Positions 1-10,264 of a DNA stretch of 64,000 nucleotides are shown piece by piece (the first letter of the stretch is position 1; the number at the start of each line of letters is the position of its first letter). Below the pieces are notes generated by a model. It was not told where the DNA came from and made no database searches. It saw only the letters and a program-made list of their open reading frames with translations. Made by a program: the position numbers and the translations under genes. The DNA comes from Nitrospirota bacterium (lineage in GTDB: Bacteria > Nitrospirota > UBA9217): assembly GCA_963754875.1 (NCBI GenBank), contig CAVWHO010000017.1:96001-160000 (forward strand), written 5' to 3'.

Positions 1-29
1 CTTCGAAGGAAAAGCTTATTGGATGGAGC

Positions 30-2147
30 ATGAAGGATAGTCTCACGAATGCGTCCATGACCTCCGCGCTCGCCAAGGCTTATTCGGGATCGACGGGGGT
101 TTTTGAAGGGGACTACACAGCCGTTTCGAGCGGAAAGAAAATAGTTGTACGGGAGATATTCAGCCCACTCCTCAAGGAAGACGGAACCTTGCGAGGTATT
201 CTCTTCATGATCGACGATATCACGGGGCGCAAGCTGACCGAGGATTTACTCCGTGCAAGCCAGAGCATGTACAAGGCTATCGTAGAAAATCAAGCGGAGT
301 TTGTCGTGCGCTATGTCCGCGGCGGGATATTGACATTCGTTAACGATACCTTATGCCACTATTTGAACTTGCAACGGAGCGATCTTATCGGCAAATCCTA
401 TTATCCTTTTATACACAAAGAAGACAGGACGGCATCTATCAGGCAGGTGGAGGAACTCAGCGTCAAGAAGCCGTTGACGGTGATTGAGTCGAGAATCGTG
501 CTGAGCGATGGAAGTATAGCCTGGCATAAATGGACGCACAATGCTCTTTTCGATAAAGACGACAATATCATTGAATATCAGGCTACGGGAAGGGACATCA
601 CCGACAGCAGATCGATGGAAGAGGCCCTGCGCCAAAGTGTGCATTTCATAAGAAATATTCTCGACAGCGTTGATGAGGGCTTCATCGTTGTCGACCGTAA
701 CTATCAGGTTATTACTGCAAACAGGGCGTACTGCAACCAGGTCGGTTTGCCCGTCAGCGAAGTAGTGGGAAAACTATACTCCCGTGAATCCGAAATGCTC
801 GGAATCCCAAGCTGTGAAGAAGACGATGAGTGTGCGGTCAGGAGAGTCTTTGAAACAGGCAGGCCCTATGCTGCATACCGTCAGTATAACGACCGCGATG
901 GGAATATGGTCTATATAGAAACCAAGGCATTTCCGCTGAAGGACGCATCTGGGGTCGTTACATCAGTGGTCGAATCAATCAGCAACATTACGGAAAAACA
1001 TGAGCTGGAAAATGAGCGCTTGAAGACTCAGAAACTCGAGGCCATAGGCACCTTAGCCGGCGGCATTGCCCATGACTTTAATAATTTATTGCAAGGCGTG
1101 TTCGGATACATATCCCTCGCGAAAATGACGGCTGACAGGAAGGAAAAAAGCATTGCTGCGCTTGAACAGGCTGAGAAGGCATTGCACATGTCCGTCAAGC
1201 TGACAAACCAGCTATTGACGTTTTCCAAGGGGGGGAAACCGGTTAAGAGACTTTTCGATCTTTTGTCTGTCACTGAAAATGCGGCAAAGTTCGCACTGAG
1301 CGGATCGCGGTCTGACTACCATATCGTTGCCGACCGGGAGCTTTGGCAGGTCGAAGCCGACGACGGCCAGATCGGCCAGGTGATACAGAACATCGTACTG
1401 AACGCAGATCAGGCCATGCCGGAAGGCGGGCGGGTGGAGATTACGGCAAAAAATATCCAGACCACTGATAAGGACGTTCCACAGAGTTTGCAGAAGGGGA
1501 ACTATCTCCAGATCGCAATCAGGGACAGCGGCATCGGGATCTCCCCGCAATATATTGCTAAAATATTCGACCCCTATTTCACAACCAAGGAAAGAGGCAG
1601 CGGCTTAGGTCTGGCGACATCTTACTCCATCATTAGAAACCACGGTGGCCTGATTGATGTCAAATCCGAGCTGACCAAAGGAAGCACTTTTACTATTTAT
1701 CTTCCCGCAGTCGCAGAGAAAGACAAAGCCACTGTTCCGAAACTGACGCCAACAGTGGTACGCGTTCGCCCCTGCAAGGTCCTTCTCATGGACGATGAAC
1801 AGGTCATTCGTGACGTAGGCGGAGAGATAATCAGGGAACTGGGGCATGAGGTGGAGTTTGCGGTTCACGGCGAAGATGCAGTTAAGAAGTATCGGGAAGC
1901 GTTGGAATCAGGAAAGCCGTTTGATATGGTCATTCTTGACCTGACGATTCGAGGTGGAATGGGAGGTGCGGAAACACTCCAGAAACTCGTAAAAATCGAT
2001 CCAGGAGTAAAAGCCGTTGTATCCAGCGGATACTACGATGATGAACTTTTATCGAAGCACCAGGAACAAGGCTTCAAGACATTTCTCAAAAAACCCTATA
2101 ATGTCGAGGATTTAAAAAGAATTATTGATAGGCTGCTGAACTCATGA
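30..2147 (+). CDS. PAS-domain hybrid sensor histidine kinase/response regulator (probably begins upstream of the window)
   Basis: PAS/PAC repeats; H-box LAGGIAHDFNNLL; HATPase FDPYFTTK..GSGLGL; C-terminal receiver LLMDDE...ILDL...KPY. The frame is open back to the window edge. Confidence 0.92.
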   Translation: MKDSLTNASMTSALAKAYSGSTGVFEGDYTAVSSGKKIVVREIFSPLLKEDGTLRGILFMIDDITGRKLTEDLLRASQSMYKAIVENQAEFVVRYVRGGILTFVNDTLCHYLNLQRSDLIGKSYYPFIHKEDRTASIRQVEELSVKKPLTVIESRIVLSDGSIAWHKWTHNALFDKDDNIIEYQATGRDITDSRSMEEALRQSVHFIRNILDSVDEGFIVVDRNYQVITANRAYCNQVGLPVSEVVGKLYSRESEMLGIPSCEEDDECAVRRVFETGRPYAAYRQYNDRDGNMVYIETKAFPLKDASGVVTSVVESISNITEKHELENERLKTQKLEAIGTLAGGIAHDFNNLLQGVFGYISLAKMTADRKEKSIAALEQAEKALHMSVKLTNQLLTFSKGGKPVKRLFDLLSVTENAAKFALSGSRSDYHIVADRELWQVEADDGQIGQVIQNIVLNADQAMPEGGRVEITAKNIQTTDKDVPQSLQKGNYLQIAIRDSGIGISPQYIAKIFDPYFTTKERGSGLGLATSYSIIRNHGGLIDVKSELTKGSTFTIYLPAVAEKDKATVPKLTPTVVRVRPCKVLLMDDEQVIRDVGGEIIRELGHEVEFAVHGEDAVKKYREALESGKPFDMVILDLTIRGGMGGAETLQKLVKIDPGVKAVVSSGYYDDELLSKHQEQGFKTFLKKPYNVEDLKRIIDRLLNS

Positions 2148-2497
2148 TCACAACTACACAAGCCGACCTCCATGATCAGCGCGATCACATAGAATTCTCA
2201 TTTAAGTTTTTTCATCTACGAAATCTCCTGAAGCAACTGAAGTTTCTATTCTCGGGAGCAATTATATTGGCAGATTGGATTCGTTAACATTTGCATAAGT
2301 ATGCAATCGATACCGTTGATTTCCCCATAAATCTGGCAAATATTCGTAGAAAATTCGGTGCTCCTGTGATATACTCTGTTCTAACCCAGTGACATTATTA
2401 GCCTAAATGTTATCGGGAAGGCCATGTAAAGTGGCCGAGCCAGGCAACAGAGCAATCTGCACGATTTTGCATCCGCGAAAAACAATTCCCAAATGGA

Positions 2498-3997
2498 ATG
2501 AGGTGTTCTGCTATGACGTTACTGATACTAGGAATCGTCCTCGCCATTCTTTTTCTCGATCCCTCCATGTGCCGGGCTGATGCAATTTCACATTTAATCA
2601 ACGTGTTCACGGCTGACAGGGCTACGCCGTTAGCGATAGTAACAGGACTTATCATACTCGTAGAAGCTTTAATGCTGCGTAATTTATACGGTGCCTTCCA
2701 CGATCCTCTGACGGGCCTCCCCAACCGGACACTTTTCATGGACCGGCTCCAGCAGGCCATCACGGCGTCGCAACGCCGCCATGGTTCTCCCAGCTACGCG
2801 GTCTTCTTCCTCGGCATGGACCCGTTTAAGATCACCAAAGACAGCCTCGGTCATACCCTTAGCGAGCAACTCCTCGTCGCGGTCGCTCGAACGCTGGCCG
2901 ATTGCATCCGGCCCGGCGACACCATCGCGAGGCTGGGTGGCGATGAATTCGCGATTCTTCTGTCGAATGTCAGCGACCCCGCCTACACCGTCAACGTTGC
3001 CGAACGGATCCGGGAAAAATCGGCTTTTCCGCTCGATATCAAAGGCCATAAAGTAATTACGTCGATCAGTACGGGCATTGCCTTGGGCGCGGAAGGCTAT
3101 GAACGGCCGGAACAGGTCCTGCGCGATGCGGATATCGCCATGTACGAGGCAAAAGAACGGGGGAATGCATCATTTGAGATCTTCGATGCCAACCTGCATC
3201 CCCATCTTCTGGATCGGATGCAGCTGGTGGCGGATCTGCGGGGCGCAGTCGACAATAAGGAGCTTACTCTCTATTATCAGCCCATCATCGGCCTGAAAAC
3301 GCAACAGTTGACGGGATTTGAAGCACTCGTTCGCTGGAATCATCCGAAGCGGGGCCTCATCTGTCCCATGGAGTTCATCCCCCTGGCAGAGGAGCATGGA
3401 CTCATCTATCAGATTGGAGATTGGATTCTTTACGAAGCCTGCCGCGAGCTGAAATTGCTTCAGGTGCGGTACCCTGCGCAGCCACCGCTCAATATGAGCA
3501 TCAATATTTCAAGCAGGCAATTCTCGCAACAGGACCTTGTCGGCACCCTCTCCGGATTTCTGACCGAGACGGGCATTGATCCGCACACTTTGATATTGGA
3601 AATCACCGAAAGCATGATCATGGAGAACGTTGGCGCTGCCGTGGAGACAATGAACCGGCTGCGCAACATGGGGATACAGATCCATATTGATGATTTCGGC
3701 ACCGGCCATTCTTCGCTGAGCTACCTGCAACTCTTTCCGGTCAGCGCGCTCAAGATCGACCGCAGTTTTATCAACAAACTTACAGCCAACGGTGACAATC
3801 AGGAAATCATCACACACATTGTTTCCCTGGCCAAGAGCCTGAATTTCGAGGTGATTGCCGAGGGAGTCGAAATGGAGCACCAATTAGCCAATATCAAGAA
3901 CCTGCACTGCGGCTACGGCCAGGGTTTCCTCTTTGCCCGTCCCATGGCTTTTAATGCAATAGACGCATGGATGCAAAAGCAGAAGCGTCAAATGTAA
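2498..3997 (+). CDS. GGDEF-EAL diguanylate cyclase/phosphodiesterase with N-terminal hydrophobic segments
   Basis: HDPLTGLPNR, ARLGGDEF, FEALVRW, IDDFGTG, LKIDRSF and AEGVE motifs. Confidence 0.93.
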   Translation: MRCSAMTLLILGIVLAILFLDPSMCRADAISHLINVFTADRATPLAIVTGLIILVEALMLRNLYGAFHDPLTGLPNRTLFMDRLQQAITASQRRHGSPSYAVFFLGMDPFKITKDSLGHTLSEQLLVAVARTLADCIRPGDTIARLGGDEFAILLSNVSDPAYTVNVAERIREKSAFPLDIKGHKVITSISTGIALGAEGYERPEQVLRDADIAMYEAKERGNASFEIFDANLHPHLLDRMQLVADLRGAVDNKELTLYYQPIIGLKTQQLTGFEALVRWNHPKRGLICPMEFIPLAEEHGLIYQIGDWILYEACRELKLLQVRYPAQPPLNMSINISSRQFSQQDLVGTLSGFLTETGIDPHTLILEITESMIMENVGAAVETMNRLRNMGIQIHIDDFGTGHSSLSYLQLFPVSALKIDRSFINKLTANGDNQEIITHIVSLAKSLNFEVIAEGVEMEHQLANIKNLHCGYGQGFLFARPMAFNAIDAWMQKQKRQM

Positions 3998-4187
3998 GGC
4001 CTCATTATTCGGGATCAGGTGTCTCCTGAGTGGATCCGTCCCGAACGAGGCAGGACCGTCACGAGGGGAGGGGTTCGTAATCACCCCTTTGTGGCCCCCT
4101 CAAATTCTTCAAGCTCTTTTCCCTGCATTCTGGAGTTCCGAAACCATCTTGCCTGGTATGGTTTTCATCTCGCAATAGATACCCCGG

Positions 4188-6809
4188 CTAATTCTTGCTG
4201 GTAGTGAAGCTCCAGAAATAGTCATTCTGCATCATATTGCCTGCCAGGTCCCTCACCCCGGCGCTCACCCGGGCGGTGTACAGCGTATTTTTCTTAAGAG
4301 CGCTGGCCGGCGTGAAGATGGCTGTCGCACCGCTATAACTCACCGTGCAGGAAATAGTAGCGCCGCCTCCGCTGAGTGTAAAGGCAATGGTTGCCGGGTC
4401 CACCGGCTCACTAAACGTCACGCTGGGGGCTATATTCACAGCCACAGCCGTGGCTCCTGTCGCAGGGGTCGTGGCTGTGACGCCCGGCGGTAGTATGTCG
4501 GGCGCTGTTCCGGTCATGAAGCTCCACAAGTAATCATTCGGCATTGCATTGCCTGCCAGGTCCTTTACCCCGGCGCTCACGGTTGCCGTGTACTGGGTAC
4601 CGTATGTCAGAGAACTCGACGGTGTGAATATGGCTATTGTTCCGCTGTAAGTTATATTCCCGGCGACGGGAACACCTCCTGCATTGAGTGTAAAGGCAAT
4701 GGTTGCCTGGTTCACCGGTTCACTAAACGTCACGCTGGGGGCTATATTCACGGCCACACTCGTGGCTCCCGTCGCAGGGGTCGTGGCTGTAACGCCCGGC
4801 GGCAGTATGTCGGGCGCTGTTCCGGTCATGAAGCTCCAGAAGTAACCATTTGGCATCGCATTGCCTGCCAGGTCCTTTACTCCGGCGCTCACGGTTGCCG
4901 TGTACTGGGTACCGTATGTCAGAGAACTCGACGGCGTGAAGATGGCTGTTGTACCGCTATAACTCATCGTGCAGGGAACGGCAGCGCCGCCTGCGCTGAG
5001 CGTAAAGGCAATGGTTGCCTGGTTCACCGGTTCACTAAACGTCACGCTGGGGGCTATATTCACGGCTACACCCGTGGCTCCCGTCGCAGGGGTCGTGGCT
5101 GTTACGCCCGGCGGCAGTAGGTCCGGCGCTGTTCCGGTCATGAAGCTCCAGAAGTAACCATTCGGCATCGCATTGCCTGCCAGGTCCTTTACCCCGGCGC
5201 TCACGGTGGCCGTGTAGAGGGTACTGTATGCCAGAGAACTCGACGGCGTGAAGATGGCTGTTGTTCCGCTGTAAGTTATATTTCCGGCGATCGCCAAACC
5301 TCCCGCGCCGAGTGTAAGGGCAATGGTTGTCGGGTCCACCGGTTCACTAAACGTCACGCTGGGGGCTATATTCACGGCCACACCCGTGGCTCCTGTCGCG
5401 GGGGTCGTGGCTGTGACGCCCGGCGGCAGTATGTCCGGCGCTGTTCCTGTCATGAAGCTCCAGACGTAATCATTCGGCATCGCATTGCCTGCCAGGTCCT
5501 TTACTCCGGCGCTCACGGTTGCCGTGTACCGGGTACCGTATGTCAGAGAACTCGACGGCGTGAAGATGGCTGTTGTACCGCTATAACTCATCGTGCAGGG
5601 AACGGCAGCGCCGCCTGCGCTGAGCGTAAAGGCAATGGTTGCCTGGTCCACCGGCTCACTAAACGTCACGCTGGGGGCTATTGTCACAGCCACAGCCGCG
5701 GCTCCTGTCGCGGGGGTCGTGGCTGTGACGCCCGGCGGTAGTATGTCGGGCGCTGTTCCGGTCATGAAGCTCCAGAAGTAATCATTCGGCATTGCATTCC
5801 CTGCCACGTCCTTTACCCCGGCGCTCACGGTGGCCGTATACAGGGTAGCGTATGCCAGAGAACTCGACGGCGTGAAGATGGCTGTTGTACCGCTATAACT
5901 CATCGTGCAGGGAACGGCAGCGCCGCCTGCGCTGAGCGTAAAGGCAATGGTTGCCGGATCCACCGGCTCACTAAACGTCACGCTGGGGGCTATATTCACA
6001 GCCACACCTGCGGCTCCTGTCGCAGGGGTCATAGCTGTTACGCCCGGCGGTAGTATGTCCGGCGCTGTTCCTGTCATGAAGCTCCAGAAGTAACCATTTG
6101 GCATCGCATTGCCTGCCATGTCCTTTACTCCGGCGCTCACTGTTGCCGTGTACTGGGTACCGTATGTCAGAGAACTCGATGGTGTGAAAATAGCAGCTGT
6201 CCCGTTGTAAGTTATATTCCCGGCGACGGGAACACCTCCTGCGCTGAGTGTAAAGGTAATGGTTGCCTGGTCCACCGGCTCACTAAAGGTCATAATAATG
6301 GAAGCATTCGGCTGAACATTGACAATGCCATTTCCCGGCGTGGTGTCCATTACGCTGGGAGGTGTCGTGTCCGGTGACGTCCCCGTGTTAAATGAAGATA
6401 TGTAAGGGACGGACATGTGAATCCCGTACGAATCCTTCACGTTGGTGCCGACAGTGACTTGATAGAGAGTTGCTGGGTTCAGGATGGAAGACGGTTTGAA
6501 GACAGCAGCGGAGACACCGGCGGCGTCCGTGTATGTGATCGATCCCGGCAAACTGTTTAGGCCGTCAGCAAGCGTAATCGTTTGATCATTAATGGTGGAG
6601 GCATCCATCTCCTTACTGAACATTATCGTGATGCCGCCATTCAGGTTCACGGGGACATCCACCGACCCGTTCGCAGGAATCGTGGATTTTACCTGGGGCG
6701 GCGTCTTGTCTGGAGGCGGCATCGGTCCCTCGCGACCGCATGCTGAGAGCAGTGGCGCCGCTGCGAGAACAACTACCAATAGAAATGAGAGTTTCGTCAT
6801 ATCCTTCAC
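4188..6809 (-). CDS. Lipoprotein with about 8 tandem Ig-like (Big_5/SbsA-type) domains
   Basis: Lipobox LSAC; repeated PP.V..TTPA.GA..V..N....VTFSEPV...FTP...L...T.YTATV..GVKD.AGN.....WSF.T units. Confidence 0.88.
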   Translation of the reverse strand: MKDMTKLSFLLVVVLAAAPLLSACGREGPMPPPDKTPPQVKSTIPANGSVDVPVNLNGGITIMFSKEMDASTINDQTITLADGLNSLPGSITYTDAAGVSAAVFKPSSILNPATLYQVTVGTNVKDSYGIHMSVPYISSFNTGTSPDTTPPSVMDTTPGNGIVNVQPNASIIMTFSEPVDQATITFTLSAGGVPVAGNITYNGTAAIFTPSSSLTYGTQYTATVSAGVKDMAGNAMPNGYFWSFMTGTAPDILPPGVTAMTPATGAAGVAVNIAPSVTFSEPVDPATIAFTLSAGGAAVPCTMSYSGTTAIFTPSSSLAYATLYTATVSAGVKDVAGNAMPNDYFWSFMTGTAPDILPPGVTATTPATGAAAVAVTIAPSVTFSEPVDQATIAFTLSAGGAAVPCTMSYSGTTAIFTPSSSLTYGTRYTATVSAGVKDLAGNAMPNDYVWSFMTGTAPDILPPGVTATTPATGATGVAVNIAPSVTFSEPVDPTTIALTLGAGGLAIAGNITYSGTTAIFTPSSSLAYSTLYTATVSAGVKDLAGNAMPNGYFWSFMTGTAPDLLPPGVTATTPATGATGVAVNIAPSVTFSEPVNQATIAFTLSAGGAAVPCTMSYSGTTAIFTPSSSLTYGTQYTATVSAGVKDLAGNAMPNGYFWSFMTGTAPDILPPGVTATTPATGATSVAVNIAPSVTFSEPVNQATIAFTLNAGGVPVAGNITYSGTIAIFTPSSSLTYGTQYTATVSAGVKDLAGNAMPNDYLWSFMTGTAPDILPPGVTATTPATGATAVAVNIAPSVTFSEPVDPATIAFTLSGGGATISCTVSYSGATAIFTPASALKKNTLYTARVSAGVRDLAGNMMQNDYFWSFTTSKN
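4200..6370. repeat. Intragenic tandem repeat, 312-bp unit, about 7 similar copies
   Basis: GTCATGAAGCTCCA recurs at 4513, 4825, 5137, 5449, 5761 and 6073. Confidence 0.9.
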
Positions 6810-7335
6810 GCTATTTCCTTATGCCTGGGAGACAGTATCGGATATGCCTCAGATCCCGAGGAACGTGCTTGGCCTCAATTCCAGAACTCATTCAAATTTT
6901 ACGGTATGACTCTGCAGGTAAAATAGTTGGACACCGAGTTGCCCATCAGTGTCATAACCAGGACCTGAATGCCAATGATTCGCCTTCCCGCAACTCGACC
7001 GTCCTGTGGCCCCCCTACCTCAAGCACTTCACGTCTCCGCTCACAGGAGGTTCACCTCACATACGGGAGATGCTGTCGTTTAAAAGGCTTGGAGGTAATA
7101 TCTAAAAGAAATTAAACTACAGGATTCTCACGTATATTTTATTTCTAGCATAAAGCAAACATAAAGTAAATGGTTCGAAAGGGTATTTTTAGGGGACATT
7201 GAATAAACATGCAGGAAGAAGCAGATAACAACAAGGACCTTCACAGTCTGGCCCGTCGTCCAGGATGGCTACATCATACCCATGCCGTCATGCAAGTAAA
7301 CAGGAGAGAGGGCGTATGTTGAGTAACGGTCCTGA

Positions 7336-7740
7336 TCAGTATTGCGGGAGACATCCATTCAGTCTTGTAAGAATCCTATCCGGATCTCGAACCTGTTTGC
7401 TGGGTTCCACTTGTTTAATTTGATACCGAAGGTACTCTTCTTCAATTCGCGTAAGGGAAAGGAATCGGATGCCGCACCGGTATCGACTCCCGATTTGCTT
7501 ACGCCACAGCAGGACACCGCATGTTTGTCCATAAACAAATTCCTTGAAGCAGACAACGCCCGGCTGTATCGGGAGATCTGTCTCGATGCCGAGACCTATT
7601 ATGCTGCGATTTAGAATCTTGGCAAGATAATCTGTGCGCACGAGATTATTAAACGAGATGACCTCGACGGAACCGTTTAGATCACTTAAAAACGGTTGCC
7701 AGGTCACCTCTTTTCTCTGAGTACGTCTTTTCTCATCCAT
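7336..7740 (-). CDS. Small PilZ-like hypothetical protein
   Basis: N-terminal RRTQR, N.S..GLGI-like motif, C-terminal YRCGIRF. Confidence 0.5.
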   Translation of the reverse strand: MDEKRRTQRKEVTWQPFLSDLNGSVEVISFNNLVRTDYLAKILNRSIIGLGIETDLPIQPGVVCFKEFVYGQTCGVLLWRKQIGSRYRCGIRFLSLTRIEEEYLRYQIKQVEPSKQVRDPDRILTRLNGCLPQY

Positions 7741-8128
7741 TATGGTTTACTCCACAACTATAATGATTTGGTCTTATCCATCACTATGTACATATAATCA
7801 CAGTTATAAAAAGTTGTCAATATCAAGATCAAGGATTTATGATTGTCCACTTTAGTGCAGATAATCGCCAGAAGTTGAGGCGGTCCCTGCACGCCGGATA
7901 ACCAAAAATACCCTTAAAATACCCCGCACAGGAACTTGCACCGAAGCTTGATTTATGATAATCATATAAATAGTCAAAGTTGTTTTTTTAACAAGGCTCT
8001 GTGTAACTGAATGAGGGATGGCATCTCTCACGTGTCCTATTATTGCTGGTACACGATAATTCCAAGCCCTTCAGGTGAGTTGCCTAAAAGGATTTACCAC
8101 ACATCCTCAATGAAAACCAGGACGGCTT

Positions 8129-9427
8129 ATGTATAGCAAAATAGAATTCTTCCATGCCTTGATTCAAAACTCCTCAGACATCATCACGATTCTCAGCATT
8201 GATGGAACAGTACTCTATGAAAGCCCTTCAGTTGTTCGCATACTTGGCTATAATCAGGACGAATTAACCGGCAGTAACGCCTTCGAGATGATACACCCTG
8301 AAGACCTCCAAAAGGTCAGGAATGCTTTTGCCGAGGTTGTCGGGCATCGCGATTTAGCGCTGTCTGCCGACTTCCGCTTTCTGCACAAGGATGGGTCATG
8401 GCGCGCGCTCCATGCCACGGGAAGCAATCAACTTGCCAACCCCCTGATCGCCGGTATCGTGGTAAATTCCCGTGATATCACGGGGCGCAAACAAGCAGAA
8501 GAGAAGTTCCGGGAAAGCGAGGAACGATTCCGCAGAATCTTTGAGGACAGCCCCGTGGGCATTATTATCGTTGCACCGAACAATACGCTTCTCAAGGCTA
8601 ACAAGGCATTCTGCGAGATGCTAGGATATCCTGAAGAGGAACTTGTCGGACGCAGCATGAAAGAGCTTACTCACCCGGGGGATAGAGAAAAAAGTGCAAA
8701 AGCGTCACAGCAGTCTCAGAAGGGGGAAACCCCTCTCTTTCACCTTGAGAAACGATATCTCAAAAAGGACCAGGAAAGTCTCTGGGTTGACCTTAGCGCG
8801 ACCACGCTCCAAGATCAGGAAGGAAAGGTCCTCTATTCCCTGGGCATGGTTGAGGACATCGGTGAACGTAAAATTGCGGAACAGGAGAAAGAACAGCTTA
8901 TTACCGAACTTAGGGAAGCACTCGCCAAGATCAAGACATTGAAAGGGTTAATTCCCATTTGCGCCTGGTGCAAGAAGATTCGCGACGACAACGGGTACTG
9001 GACAAGAGTTGAAACCTATATCAGAGAGCATTCTGACGTAAGTTTCAGCCACTGTATATGCCCGACTTGTTTGAGCAAGGAAGACCCCGTTGCATACCAG
9101 GACATATTTACAGATGAAAAAAAAGCGGCGCAAGTCTCCAAATCTAAAATGGAGCATCGGAACATTGAACGTGTGAGGCTCCGGAAACCTGTGAATTGCG
9201 CCTTCAAGGTGGATTCCGGAGATTCGGGGAAAATGGTCATACATGCCACCCTCGAAGAGATCGACGATATGGGAATGTGCGTTAGGACAGATCATCTTCT
9301 TGAAGATGACTCCCTGTTATTCTCAAGCAGCGGCGCTGAGAATAAGATAGGAGTTGTCAAATGGAGAAAACCGGCCGCTTCCAAAGAGGGCGGCTACCGA
9401 GTCGGCATTCAATTTATCCAGGATTGA
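8129..9427 (+). CDS. Two-PAS sensor with Cys-rich (IPICAWCKKIRD..FSHCICP.C) domain and C-terminal PilZ-like domain
   Basis: Two PAS/PAC units; CxxC..HxxCxxC motif; EHRNIERVR...D.GMC...YRVGIQF. Confidence 0.8.
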   Translation: MYSKIEFFHALIQNSSDIITILSIDGTVLYESPSVVRILGYNQDELTGSNAFEMIHPEDLQKVRNAFAEVVGHRDLALSADFRFLHKDGSWRALHATGSNQLANPLIAGIVVNSRDITGRKQAEEKFRESEERFRRIFEDSPVGIIIVAPNNTLLKANKAFCEMLGYPEEELVGRSMKELTHPGDREKSAKASQQSQKGETPLFHLEKRYLKKDQESLWVDLSATTLQDQEGKVLYSLGMVEDIGERKIAEQEKEQLITELREALAKIKTLKGLIPICAWCKKIRDDNGYWTRVETYIREHSDVSFSHCICPTCLSKEDPVAYQDIFTDEKKAAQVSKSKMEHRNIERVRLRKPVNCAFKVDSGDSGKMVIHATLEEIDDMGMCVRTDHLLEDDSLLFSSSGAENKIGVVKWRKPAASKEGGYRVGIQFIQD

Positions 9428-10264
9428 CATCACTGCACCAGCGAGAACTGCCCAGGAATACTTCACGGCAATCATCACCTGACGGGATTTCTGTAATTGA
9501 AGATATAATCTATACCGTTCACTGAGTAAAGTCCCGATGGCTGAGATTCCCGGAGCGAAGTCTTTTCTTTGAAGTAATTGTTGTTTCGCAATAGTTCTAC
9601 AATATTTTATCCTTCCTGTACTCTTTCCTTCTTCAAATCCTCTCATTGTGTAGCATATCCTCCAGACATCGGAGCATAAGCCTCAGCCGGAAAAAAATAA
9701 AACTACGAACCTTTTGAAAAAATGGGCGTAAGATTGTGGTACGGTAATTGCTCTTATTGAGTATATAAAAATTGAAGTGAAGTTCCCGGCCCGTCTATCT
9801 ATAGTACTAAAGGCCGGAGAGAAATTGCAGCAACTTCTTTTTAAGTAGACTTCATTTGAGCAGAGTCGTATTTTAAAAAGAATTGTCGGCAGAGCGCCGC
9901 CATCGGGCTGAAAGGAAACAGTCGGCAGAGAGATAATAATATAGAGCTTCATTCTTCAACGACCGGTTTTTTGTTGCGGGATTATAACATCGCCATAGAA
10001 CGAGCCTTTCATAGAGCTAATTCCCTCACGTCAAGCCATTGATCTTCCTGGAACGAATTCCAATAATCTGTCAACGTGTCGATGATGGGTGTTTTGCGGC
10101 TATTCTCTGTTTGAAATCGATAATGATCACGAGTAGAGGTAGTAGAAATAGATGAGACGATATGCAAAAAACTCGTCGTGAAGTTTTTTGTAACCTTTTC
10201 GTCGCTGCTTCGTCTAATTCACAATTGCGGTAAAAATCAGTTTAATTTATGGAGGATGGAATCA

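Noticed and set aside
4200..6370. Regular repeats as a CRISPR array
   Set aside because: 312-bp in-frame coding repeats with no unique spacers and no cas genes
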